Of a stretch of DNA of 64,000 nucleotides, positions 36,800 to 45,922 are shown piece after piece. This DNA comes from a candidate division TM6 bacterium GW2011_GWF2_43_87. Lineage in GTDB: Bacteria; Babelota; Babeliae; Babelales; Babelaceae. The first letter of the stretch is position 1, and the number at the start of each line of letters is the position of its first letter. Where the stretch lies: contig LCGZ01000004.1 in NCBI GenBank assembly GCA_001000065.1, positions 128,867 to 192,866 on the forward strand, in the 5' to 3' direction. The translations under genes and the position numbers were made by a program. Under the pieces are notes generated by a model that was not told the DNA's origin, ran no database searches, and saw only the letters and a list, made by a program, of their open reading frames with translations.

Positions 36800-37837
36800 A
36801 TGCAGGTGTTACCACGTGGCGAAGATGGTATAGGGTATGTTGCACCAGCTTTTCTTTTAGCTGGAATGGGAATTATGTCGATCTTATTAGGGGTGATATT
36901 TTACCAGGCCAGTTTTAACGTTAAGATTCGGGATCTGTACGCACCGGTTCAGACTTTGACTCCCAAAAAATTGGCTTATTTTGGAGGAACGCCTTCTGAT
37001 GTAACTGTAGGAATGTTTGTGCGAGACTTTCCCCAATTTGATGCGGTTCGAGGGACCTTTTCTGTAGATACTACCGTCTGGTTTTTATTTGACCCGCGGC
37101 TTGTTTCTATTGAGCGAATCGGAGATTTTACCTTTGAGCGGGCAGAAATTTTGAAACGATCCGAGCCCTACGTTCGCGTTGTGGGTAATATGGTTTTTGT
37201 TCGTTATGATATGCGCATGCGGTTCAATATGTCTTTTGACTATCAAGATTTTCCTTTTGATGGTCACCGGCTTAATTTTACCATGGTGCACTACTTTCTC
37301 TCTCCTGCCGAGGTTACCTTTAACTCTTCGCGTGCCAACTTAGTAATGAGTCCTGATATTAATATTCCGGGATGGAGAAATATTGATAGGCGCGTTGCTA
37401 CAGGGTACTCAGAAGAGCGGTTAGAGACGCAAGATGGTAAGCAGGAGTCTTTTTATCCCCGTGCCGTTTTTTCGCTTGATTTTGAGCGCATTGGGACTCG
37501 TAATATTATTTCGATATTTCTCCCTCTTCTTTTGGTTTTTTTTATAGCGTTATTTACATTTTCATTTGATCCTGTTGGAAAAATGGGTGTGCAGGCTGTT
37601 ACACTTTCAGCGACATCTATTACGGCACTGATTGCCTATCGATTTGTTATTGAAAATATGTCTCCTCCCGTAGGTTATTTTATGGCGTCTGACTATATAT
37701 TTTTAATATTTCTTGTGTCGTGCTGTGCCATATTTTTTATAAATATTTTTGGAGCCTATGTATCAGGAATCAGTAAGGCAATTATAGCGGTTGTACTTGA
37801 ATCGATCATAGTAACGACGTTCTTTTTATTGGTTTAG
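36800..37837 (+). CDS. Pentameric ligand-gated ion channel (Cys-loop receptor / neurotransmitter-gated ion-channel family) homolog
   Basis: AGAGGGAGAAG RBS. About 190-aa extracellular-type domain with W..D.RL and the Cys-loop-equivalent FPFD motif. A pre-M1 Arg, then M1 with a conserved Pro (IFLPLLLVFF), M2 (VQAVTLSATSITALIAYRFV), M3, a short loop and M4. Confidence 0.7.
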   Translation: MQVLPRGEDGIGYVAPAFLLAGMGIMSILLGVIFYQASFNVKIRDLYAPVQTLTPKKLAYFGGTPSDVTVGMFVRDFPQFDAVRGTFSVDTTVWFLFDPRLVSIERIGDFTFERAEILKRSEPYVRVVGNMVFVRYDMRMRFNMSFDYQDFPFDGHRLNFTMVHYFLSPAEVTFNSSRANLVMSPDINIPGWRNIDRRVATGYSEERLETQDGKQESFYPRAVFSLDFERIGTRNIISIFLPLLLVFFIALFTFSFDPVGKMGVQAVTLSATSITALIAYRFVIENMSPPVGYFMASDYIFLIFLVSCCAIFFINIFGAYVSGISKAIIAVVLESIIVTTFFLLV

Positions 37838-37847
37838 GACGTAACTT

Positions 37848-40034
37848 ATGAGGAAGATAGTACTAGGTGTCATTCTGTTAAATACCTCTTGTGCTAATGC
37901 TTTATTTGAAACGCTTTCTGAATGTAAGAATTTTGCAAATACATACAGGGAAGATGTAGAGTGTGATAATTGTAGTTGGAGGGATCCCTCGTACTCGACC
38001 TTTTATGGTTCTGTGAGAGTCGGTTTTTTCAAACGTCTTTTAAAAAAGCTTGGAATAAAAGCGGGTGTGTGGGATTTATTGGAACTTAAGCAGCCCATTG
38101 GTAGAATAGTTCAACGTTTTAATGTGACGAAACAACAACGTTCTTGGACCCCTGAGATAACGGTTGAAGAGGGCGTAAATCTTTTTGTATGGGGTGATTT
38201 ATATGGAGCGTTTCATTCTTTTCTTCGTGATCTTGATGAACTTGCAGCACGGAAAGTGCTAAGTGAGCAACTTAAGATAAATAGTAAAACAGATTATCTA
38301 GTGGTATTAGGGAATGCGATTAATTATTCTCCTTATTCTTACCCCTTGCTTACTCTGTTACTTTCTCTGATTGAAAAAAACCCTGAGCATTTTATTTATA
38401 TACGAGGTCCTCAGGAAACTGCTGCTCACTGGAAAGATTTTTATGTAATGCGTAAGCCTCTTGTAGACCTTGGAAAGCAGCAGGGTTTTGATGTGAAAGG
38501 GAAGTTGCCGCTTGAGGACGAGTTGAATACATTTTTTGGTACCTTGCCAGATGGTGTTCTTTTTAGGCATAAAAAAGCTGAGGATCTATGTTGTCTTTCC
38601 CATTCAATAATATCGCGAAAGTTATTTTTTGACCCCAAGGTTCAGGCCGCATTGATGGGGAAATCCAGGATTGATACATATTGGTCTAATAATGGACTTG
38701 AGTTTTCAGGATTCGAGGGCAATGCTGCAACATGGTCTCTCTTTTCAGCTCCTGTGGGAATTTATCAGAAGGCTGTGAATTTCTATAGTGATAGTTTTGT
38801 AGCGGTACATGTCGGAAAGTCATTCGCGCAGAGCACTATGTCTCTATTTTCTCGCGATATTCGTTTGGTGGAAAATTTTAAGGAGCAGGTTTTTTCATTG
38901 TCTGTGGGGATGAAAATTGATCCGAGAAAAAAAACTCAAGAAATCCCGATTTTCTCGATTGGATCTACTATGCCGCTGACGGGGGGGTTGATGCCTTTAG
39001 GCGTTTCTGTAAAGCAAGGAGTTGAAGCGGCTTTTAGGAAGGTTAATGATTTGGGCGGTGTTGATGGTTATTTTTTGAAGCTTGTAATATTAGATGATCG
39101 CTATTCTCCTGGAATAGCTAGGGCAAATGTTGATCTTTTATTAAAAAAATTTGGAATTCAGACATTGATTTGTCCTGTTGGAACTCCCACTCTAAATGCT
39201 TATTTGGATCTAGTGCGCGCTGGAAAGGTGTGGGTGTTTTATCCGATTACGGGTAGTGAATTCTTTAGATCTCCAGACCTTGGAAATATTGTTAACCAAC
39301 CCTATGGTAATGATACAAAGGCTTTGATGAAATTTATGGCTTCAACCCATAAATTTGAGCAATATGCTATAGTTTATCCTCGAGATCTTTACGGAAACTT
39401 GTTGATGGAGCAGGCTCAAGATGTTCTTAAGAGTTATGGCATAAATGATGTTTTATTATTTCCTGTCTCTCCCAAACAGAGAGATTTTAAAGAAATAGTG
39501 AAAAAATTGAAAGAAGCGGATCCAGAAGTATTAGCTATCTTTTTGGCTTCAGGATCTATGGCTTCATCTTTCTTAAGTCAACTTGGTAATGCTTTTCTTG
39601 GGGGAAAGAATTTGGCTGCTCTTGCCTATTTGGATGATGCAAACTTTGGGCCGTTTTTACATAAAACGGGGTTAAAGTTTAATTTTTCGTATTTACTTCC
39701 AAATCCTTATGGAAGTGACTTTGCATTTTTAAGAGACTACCGGGAGCATTTGAAACGGTATGATGGCCCTATTGACGTTAATTCATTAGAAGGATTTTTG
39801 GGTGCAACTTGTTTTGTTGAAGCAATGAAGAAAGTTGGAAAACCATTTGCCCCTTCTGCTATTAATGATTATCTAACGCATTTAAATCCATTTCCTATCA
39901 AAGGTTTTTTGACCCTTGAGAAGGATCCTCTAACGGGAAAGCGTTATCTTCCTGTTAGCATAAAAAACGATGAGAATGAGTGGATAATGTTGAATAATCT
40001 ACAAGAGGACCATGATTTATCCAAGAGGAAATAG
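37848..40034 (+). CDS. Secreted two-domain protein 1: N-terminal PPP-family Ser/Thr phosphatase-like (calcineurin/PP1-like, degenerate motifs) fused to a C-terminal type-I periplasmic binding protein (LivJ / ANF-receptor-like)
   Basis: Signal peptide. WGDLYGAFHSF (GDxHG-like), VVLGNAINYSPYSY (GDxxDRG-like, D->N), and YIRGPQE (GNHE-like). C-terminal half IGSTMPLTGGLMPLGVSVKQGVEAAFRKVNDLGGVDGYFLKLVILDD… has a LivJ-like pattern. Confidence 0.65.
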   Translation: MRKIVLGVILLNTSCANALFETLSECKNFANTYREDVECDNCSWRDPSYSTFYGSVRVGFFKRLLKKLGIKAGVWDLLELKQPIGRIVQRFNVTKQQRSWTPEITVEEGVNLFVWGDLYGAFHSFLRDLDELAARKVLSEQLKINSKTDYLVVLGNAINYSPYSYPLLTLLLSLIEKNPEHFIYIRGPQETAAHWKDFYVMRKPLVDLGKQQGFDVKGKLPLEDELNTFFGTLPDGVLFRHKKAEDLCCLSHSIISRKLFFDPKVQAALMGKSRIDTYWSNNGLEFSGFEGNAATWSLFSAPVGIYQKAVNFYSDSFVAVHVGKSFAQSTMSLFSRDIRLVENFKEQVFSLSVGMKIDPRKKTQEIPIFSIGSTMPLTGGLMPLGVSVKQGVEAAFRKVNDLGGVDGYFLKLVILDDRYSPGIARANVDLLLKKFGIQTLICPVGTPTLNAYLDLVRAGKVWVFYPITGSEFFRSPDLGNIVNQPYGNDTKALMKFMASTHKFEQYAIVYPRDLYGNLLMEQAQDVLKSYGINDVLLFPVSPKQRDFKEIVKKLKEADPEVLAIFLASGSMASSFLSQLGNAFLGGKNLAALAYLDDANFGPFLHKTGLKFNFSYLLPNPYGSDFAFLRDYREHLKRYDGPIDVNSLEGFLGATCFVEAMKKVGKPFAPSAINDYLTHLNPFPIKGFLTLEKDPLTGKRYLPVSIKNDENEWIMLNNLQEDHDLSKRK

Positions 40035-40046
40035 TGAGGAGGTAGT

Positions 40047-42266
40047 ATGGCAAATTTATCCCTAAAGCATTTGGTAATTTTATTTTATATAGGTGTTCTC
40101 CTGTTTGATAGTCTTGGGGTGCATGCATCTTTTAACACACTCTTTGAGTGTAAAAAATTTGCAGCACGGCATGAAGAAAGTCCCAAGAGTGATGATAGTA
40201 ATTGGAATGATCCTATTTTTGCTTCCTTTTATTCAAAAATGTTGCCTAGTTTTTTAAAGCGTATCGCGTTAAAATTTGGGTTTGGATCGAATGAATGGGA
40301 TGTCTCAAGGTTGGAAATTCCTTTAAAAAGAGTGGTTGAGCTGCGCCAAAAGATAGTAAAACCTCATCCATGGACCGTAGAGATTGAGGTAAAGGAGGGG
40401 ACGCGACTTTTTATATGGGGAGATCTGTATGGGGCAATTCACTCGTTTGTTCGTGGGCTTGAAGAGCTTGAGAGACGAGAGATAATCAACGAGAACTTGA
40501 AAATCATAAAGAATGATGACTATATAGTGCTTCTAGGGAATGCGATTAATCTTTCACCGTACTCATATCAGATGCTAGAGCTTATACTTTCTTTGATGGA
40601 AAAGAATCCGGAGCGCTTTATTTATTCGCGTGGGCTGCAAGAAAAAGGGCTTAAGTGGAAAGATGGCTATGTAATGCGTCAACCACTTATTGAATTGGCG
40701 CGTAAGGCAGGGAAAATTCATACAGGCGATGTGTCTCTTGAGAATGCCCTTAGCACTTTCTTTAATACGTTACCCGATCTGATTTTATTCAAGCATATAG
40801 GGCAGGGTAAAGAACAGCTGATATGTTCACATACAGACGTCCCTTATTCTATGTTGTCTAATCCAAAAGTTATGGCCTGGCTCGCAGGAGAGCGACGAGG
40901 AGAGCTATCATGGACAACAACAGGATTATCCTTTCTCGGGTTTGACGGTAATGCAGCGAAATGGTCTCTATTGTCGGCACCTATCTCCATTTATCAGGAA
41001 TTGGCAGAATTTTATTCAGATAGCTTTATGGAAATTAGTGTTGAAGATTCATTTACTCAGAGTATCTTGAATCTTTTTTCGCGAGATATGCGGACTAAAG
41101 AGGCCTTTAAAAAAGAGAGCCATTATCTGTCTGTGGGGTTGTCTATTCCTGTTGGCGAAGCACCTAAAAAGATATCTATCTTTACCGTGGGGTCTTCTTT
41201 GTGTTTAACAGGAGCAATGCGCCCACTTGGACGTGCGGTAAGGCGAGGGATTCTTGCGGCCTTTAGGAATGTAAATGAGCAGGGTGGAGTAAGTGGTTCT
41301 TACGTTAAATTGGTGGGATTGGATGATCAATATAGTCCGCGACTTGCGCGAAAAAATATTGACCTGTTTCTTGATCAGTTTGGTATTAATGTCATCCTAT
41401 GCCCTACGGGAACTCCCACGTTAGATTCCTACCTTGATTTGGTACGCAAGGGAGATGTTTTTGTATTTTATCCGGTTAGTGGAAGTGAAACTTTTAGAAC
41501 TCCTGATCTTTTGAATCTTATTAATCAGCATGTTCCTTATGCAAATGAGGTGCAGGCTTTGATGAACTTTGTTGTTTCAGAATATAAGCTAAAGCAGTAC
41601 GCAATCGTCTATCCTGATGATAGCTTTGGAAATCCTCTTATGCGCACGGCCAAAGAAATACTTGAAAAATTGGGCGTGAAAAGTGTTGTTCCTATTCCTT
41701 TTTCTCGTGATCAGACAAGTTTTGAGGAACAGGTTAAAAAACTGAAAGAAGTTACCCCAGAAGGAATCGCCTTCTTTTTTGCTGCAGGATCTTTGGCTAG
41801 CGCATTTTTAAGCCAAACTGGAACCGCATTTTTGGTGGGGAAACATCTGGCTGCGCTTTCTTATTTGGATGACATTGTTTTTAGGCAGTTTATTACAAAG
41901 GCGGGCTTGAGGTTTACTTTTTCCTATGGGGTTCCAGATCCAAATTTAAGTGAACTTGGGTTTGTTAAAGAGTATCGGTCGCAGATGGGAAAATACCATT
42001 ATCCTATCGATAGTAATTCTCTAGAGGGATTTTTAGGGGCGTCTGCCTTTATTGAGGCAATGAAGAAAGTAGGGTCTCCTTTTAAGGCAAATAAATTAAT
42101 GGGTTATCTAGAGTCGCTGCAAGTTTCTCCTGTAAAGAATTTTATAGATGTTCCCTTTGATCGAAGAGTTAGAGGCGTTGTGTATCCCACCTGGATAAAG
42201 TCAGAATCGGGGAACTGGATTGCTGCGGATGAGAAAAAAGGGCTAGATGGAGCAGCTAAAAAATGA
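40047..42266 (+). CDS. Secreted two-domain protein 2: PPP-phosphatase-like + PBP type-I fusion (paralog)
   Basis: IWGDLYGAIHSF, VLLGNAINLSPYSY, and YSRGLQE. C-terminal VGSSLCLTGAMRPLGRAVRRGILAAFRNVNEQGGVSG…LDDQYSP. Confidence 0.65.
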   Translation: MANLSLKHLVILFYIGVLLFDSLGVHASFNTLFECKKFAARHEESPKSDDSNWNDPIFASFYSKMLPSFLKRIALKFGFGSNEWDVSRLEIPLKRVVELRQKIVKPHPWTVEIEVKEGTRLFIWGDLYGAIHSFVRGLEELERREIINENLKIIKNDDYIVLLGNAINLSPYSYQMLELILSLMEKNPERFIYSRGLQEKGLKWKDGYVMRQPLIELARKAGKIHTGDVSLENALSTFFNTLPDLILFKHIGQGKEQLICSHTDVPYSMLSNPKVMAWLAGERRGELSWTTTGLSFLGFDGNAAKWSLLSAPISIYQELAEFYSDSFMEISVEDSFTQSILNLFSRDMRTKEAFKKESHYLSVGLSIPVGEAPKKISIFTVGSSLCLTGAMRPLGRAVRRGILAAFRNVNEQGGVSGSYVKLVGLDDQYSPRLARKNIDLFLDQFGINVILCPTGTPTLDSYLDLVRKGDVFVFYPVSGSETFRTPDLLNLINQHVPYANEVQALMNFVVSEYKLKQYAIVYPDDSFGNPLMRTAKEILEKLGVKSVVPIPFSRDQTSFEEQVKKLKEVTPEGIAFFFAAGSLASAFLSQTGTAFLVGKHLAALSYLDDIVFRQFITKAGLRFTFSYGVPDPNLSELGFVKEYRSQMGKYHYPIDSNSLEGFLGASAFIEAMKKVGSPFKANKLMGYLESLQVSPVKNFIDVPFDRRVRGVVYPTWIKSESGNWIAADEKKGLDGAAKK

Positions 42267-42283
42267 TTGTGAGGGGTTAGAAT

Positions 42284-44485
42284 ATGAAGGGATATTTTTT
42301 AGTTTCACTAATGATATATGTCGGTATGGCCAATGGGGCTGTAGGGCTAGATACACTTGAAAAATGTCGCACCTTTGCAGCTTCGTATCCAGAGTTTCCC
42401 AAGGCTGATAATGACGATCTTATTGATCCTAAATATTCTTCGTTTTATGCAAGCTCTTATCCGTCATTTTTGATGCGCATATCAGCTTCTATTCGTATGG
42501 TTGATAATATATGGGATTTCTCGATTTTAGAAAAATTATTAGATAAAATAATTGCAACGGCTGGCAAAAAACCTGAATCAGGTCTTTTTATTAAGAACGT
42601 TATTGTAGAGCCTGGAGCTCGCGGTATAGTTTTTGGGGACTTGCATGGACAGATTCACTCATTTATACGAGATTTAGGCGAGCTTGAGCGTCTGGGTTTT
42701 ATGGACGGGAATCTTAAGTTTAAAGATCAGCGTACCTATGGCATTCTTTTGGGAGATGTTATTAATAGGACATCGTATTCGTACCAAATTCTGCAGGTTG
42801 TATGCAATCTTATATTAAATAATCCAGGACACTTTTTTTATATTCGTGGCAATCAAGAGCGTGAACAGCGGTGGGAGAGTGCTTTTGCTATGAATGAACC
42901 ACTGCATTGGTGGTCGAATATTCAGGGATATAGACGAGGTGCCTGTGCTTCTCTTAAGGATAAAATAAATCAGTTCTTTGACACGTTACCCGATATTGTG
43001 GCTTTGAAACTGACAACAAAGCCGAATGAGGTTGTGTATTGCGCTGCTGACACGGTGCCGGTTTCCATACTTTCACATCCGGGAGTTGAAGCTCTATTAG
43101 TAGGGGAGCAGCGCAAGCAAATGTTTCATATTCCATCAGGTCTTGATTTTATGAAGTTTAATGTGGGTGTTGCGCATTGGTCTCTTTTTTCATGTCCTTC
43201 AACCGTTTATCAATCTATGGTTGAGTTTTTTCGAGATGCGTTTGTTATTTTACGTGTTGGATCGTCATGGAGGCTATCTTCATTAGTTCTTAACTACCGT
43301 GATATTCGCAGGAAAGAGGGTTTTAAAAAAGAATTATTTGATTTAACTATGGGTATTGCATGCCCGTCAGAAAGTGATCTTGAAAAAAGTCTTAATAAGC
43401 CGGTTTATTCGATAGGTTCTAGTGTAGCGTTTTTTAGTGGCTATGGTGCAGCTGGAACATCATTAGGGCATGGCATAGAAGGAGCTATTTTAGCTGCAAA
43501 TGATAGCGGTGGTGTAAAGGGATATCTTATTAGGCCTATTGTGTTGGATGATGAAACGCTTGCGCGGCTTGCTCGGGCGAATGCAGAAAAATTAAAGAAA
43601 GAATATGGGGTTGATGTTATTGTTAGCGCTCAGGGAACTGAGCAGGTATCCTCGTATCTTGATCAAGTAAAGGCTGGAAGCATTATCTCGCTATTTCCCC
43701 GTACAGGCGCCCCACAGCTTAGGAATATGTCGATGAAAAATATGGTGCATTTTAGAACTTCCTATGATGATGAAACAACGGCGTTAATAGACTATGTGAT
43801 AAAAGAGTATAAGGTACGTTCCTTTACGTTTGTGTACCAGAATGATGGGTATGGTATTCCAGTTTTGGAAGCTGCACACAAAGCGCTTATAAAATGGGGT
43901 ATAACTACCTGGACTGATATTCCTTACTCTCGAGAGCAGGTTTCGTTTAGCGATACGGTTAAAAGAGTGAAAAAGGCTGGAGCTGAAGGATTAGGAATGT
44001 TCTTTTCTGCCCATGCTCCTATTCGAGCATTTTTGGAGCTTTTGGGAGCAGAGTTTTTCTTGGGCCGGGTAGGATTTGGTTTTTCGTTTATGATTAGCGA
44101 GGCAACTCGACAATTTTGTGAGTCACGTGGGATGCATTTTATATTGTCTTATTCAACGCCTGATCCCAACAGCGAGGATACTCCGTTTATACGAGAGTAT
44201 ACAAAGGCAATGAAACGGTATGGTATTATTCGTGATGTTAATTCTTTGGATGGATACATGGCTGGTGCGCTTTTGGTTGAGGCACTCTCCCATATTGAGC
44301 CTCCTTTTACCAAAGAAAAAATTATGAATTTTTTTGAAAATTTGAAGGACTATTCATTTGCAGGTTTCAAACTAAATTTTGATCCTGAAACCCGTCAGCT
44401 AGGATTGCCTGTTTGGGTGGTTGCTCCCGACAAAAAGGCACTTACTTTTGAGTATAAACGCTCTGTGTTAAAGGATCGGTGGTAG
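42284..44485 (+). CDS. Secreted two-domain protein 3: PPP-phosphatase-like + PBP type-I fusion (paralog with the best-preserved phosphatase motifs)
   Basis: FGDLHGQIHSF (GDxHGQ), LLGDVINRTSYSY (GDxxxR), FFYIRGNQE (GNHE with H->Q). C-terminal IGSSVAFFSGYGAAGTSLGHGIEGAILAANDSGGVKGYLIRPIVLDDE. Confidence 0.65.
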   Translation: MKGYFLVSLMIYVGMANGAVGLDTLEKCRTFAASYPEFPKADNDDLIDPKYSSFYASSYPSFLMRISASIRMVDNIWDFSILEKLLDKIIATAGKKPESGLFIKNVIVEPGARGIVFGDLHGQIHSFIRDLGELERLGFMDGNLKFKDQRTYGILLGDVINRTSYSYQILQVVCNLILNNPGHFFYIRGNQEREQRWESAFAMNEPLHWWSNIQGYRRGACASLKDKINQFFDTLPDIVALKLTTKPNEVVYCAADTVPVSILSHPGVEALLVGEQRKQMFHIPSGLDFMKFNVGVAHWSLFSCPSTVYQSMVEFFRDAFVILRVGSSWRLSSLVLNYRDIRRKEGFKKELFDLTMGIACPSESDLEKSLNKPVYSIGSSVAFFSGYGAAGTSLGHGIEGAILAANDSGGVKGYLIRPIVLDDETLARLARANAEKLKKEYGVDVIVSAQGTEQVSSYLDQVKAGSIISLFPRTGAPQLRNMSMKNMVHFRTSYDDETTALIDYVIKEYKVRSFTFVYQNDGYGIPVLEAAHKALIKWGITTWTDIPYSREQVSFSDTVKRVKKAGAEGLGMFFSAHAPIRAFLELLGAEFFLGRVGFGFSFMISEATRQFCESRGMHFILSYSTPDPNSEDTPFIREYTKAMKRYGIIRDVNSLDGYMAGALLVEALSHIEPPFTKEKIMNFFENLKDYSFAGFKLNFDPETRQLGLPVWVVAPDKKALTFEYKRSVLKDRW

Positions 44486-44496
44486 TAAAAATGTGA

Positions 44497-45501
44497 TCAG
44501 TTTTGTGACTGTTTTTTCACCACGCGAGATTTTGCTTTTGGGGCGTTTTTTAGAGCTTCTTTTAAGTGTGTGATGCACCAGGATAAACTCTCTGTTTTTA
44601 ATGAGGTGGGCTGAATTTTTGCCTGGGAATATGCATCGTTTAAGGAGAATAAAATGTAGGTGAACATCTGTTTTTTTGTGGGGATAGAAGAATTTTTACT
44701 TTTGGTAACAATGAAGCTTATTATAACTTTTAATGATTCAAAGCGTTCATTTTGAATTGCCCACTCTAGAATGGATGATATGTTTGGTTTTTTGAGATTG
44801 TTGGTGGAGAAAGGGTCGCAGAATAGATGAGAAATGGCGGTAGGAAGACCCCTTACTGTGTTATTTAGGAAGAGCGACAGAGTTTGAGGAGTGTCGTCTT
44901 TTACGTGGCTGTAAATGAGACACTTTTTTTGTTCTCTTGGAATAGCATTCCACTCTTCAAATAAGTTTTTTTTCGTTTTTGTATTCGGTTCCGTGGTGTT
45001 GCTGTCCTGTATAGGTCTTTTTTTACAGAATTTTTTTGAGGAGCCTCTTTTCCGTTTAATAGGGGGATTTTTTGTGGACGCGATTTTTTGTGGGCCCTGT
45101 TCAACTATTTTAGTTGGCTGTGGCTCGGTCTCCTCGTCTGGGTCGAAAAACTGGAAAGTTGGCATGTCAAAAAACTTGTCAGGGTCTAAGGTCATCGGTT
45201 TTAAAATGGTTGTGGGGGATTGTGGTGGTGTCACGATTCCCTGATCAACGAGCACGTTGGTTGAGTTGTTTTCTAGGTGAGCTAGTAGATCTTGTATTGG
45301 GGTATTGTTTTCATCTAGCCAAAAAGGCGTTGGGTCGGGAGTAGTTGAGGGTGGAAAGCTTGACGGCTGTTGATCATCAAGATCCAGAAGGTTGAAAGTT
45401 GGTTCTGTGTTATCGTTTTCCCATTCATTCATTGCCCACAGGCTGCTTGTGATAGAAAAGAGTAGCAGGACAATTAGCTGTGGCAGATGTTTTCTGATCA
45501 T
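44497..45501 (-). CDS. Hypothetical secreted Pro/Thr/Asn-rich protein with a basic KRKR…KKFCKKR cluster
   Basis: Signal peptide MIRKHLPQLIVLLLFSITSSLWA. Low-complexity PSSFPPSTTPDPTP. A basic patch PPIKRKRGSSKKFCKKRP. Confidence 0.5.
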   Translation of the reverse strand: MIRKHLPQLIVLLLFSITSSLWAMNEWENDNTEPTFNLLDLDDQQPSSFPPSTTPDPTPFWLDENNTPIQDLLAHLENNSTNVLVDQGIVTPPQSPTTILKPMTLDPDKFFDMPTFQFFDPDEETEPQPTKIVEQGPQKIASTKNPPIKRKRGSSKKFCKKRPIQDSNTTEPNTKTKKNLFEEWNAIPREQKKCLIYSHVKDDTPQTLSLFLNNTVRGLPTAISHLFCDPFSTNNLKKPNISSILEWAIQNERFESLKVIISFIVTKSKNSSIPTKKQMFTYILFSLNDAYSQAKIQPTSLKTESLSWCITHLKEALKNAPKAKSRVVKKQSQN

Positions 45502-45681
45502 AAAATCCTATTATTTCATAGTGTGTTTTTATTCATTAATTATGTTATTAGGATAAGGGAATAATATTTTTTGTAAAATACAGAGTATTGTTTTTCTATC
45601 TGGTTTTTCAAGGGGAATTTACGCAATAAAATATGTTAGACTAAGGGTAATGGTAAAAATTGCGGTGAGAGAAAGGGTGTT

Positions 45682-45852
45682 ATGACTGAACAAAAAAAGA
45701 AAAAGCTTATTCCCATTGGAATAGATGATTTTAAAGAGCTTGTGGAGCAGAATTATTATTTTGCGGATAAGAGTTTGTTGATAAAAGAGCTACTTGATTC
45801 TGGAGCTGCCGTAATACTTGTCCCTCGTCCTCAAAAGAGAGTTTTGTGTTGA
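45682..45852 (+). pseudogene. Truncated N-terminal fragment (56 codons) of a PF09820-like AAA-ATPase gene (paralog of 56733..58415)
   Basis: MTEQKKKKLIPIGIDDFKELVEQNYYFADKSLLIKELLDSGAAVILVPRPQKRVLC-stop is about 85% identical to the first 55 aa of the intact copy. Confidence 0.5.
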
Positions 45853-45867
45853 TTGGATAAAAATGTA

Positions 45868-45896
45868 GGGCGGATTAGAGATTAACCAATCCGCCC
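45868..45896 (-). terminator. Rho-independent terminator hairpin for the minus-strand ankyrin gene
   Basis: GGGCGGATT-agagattaacc-AATCCGCCC 9-bp stem. On the minus strand it is followed by a T-rich run. Confidence 0.5.
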
Positions 45897-45922
45897 TTAT
45901 ATGTCTGTTTCTTGCTACTATC

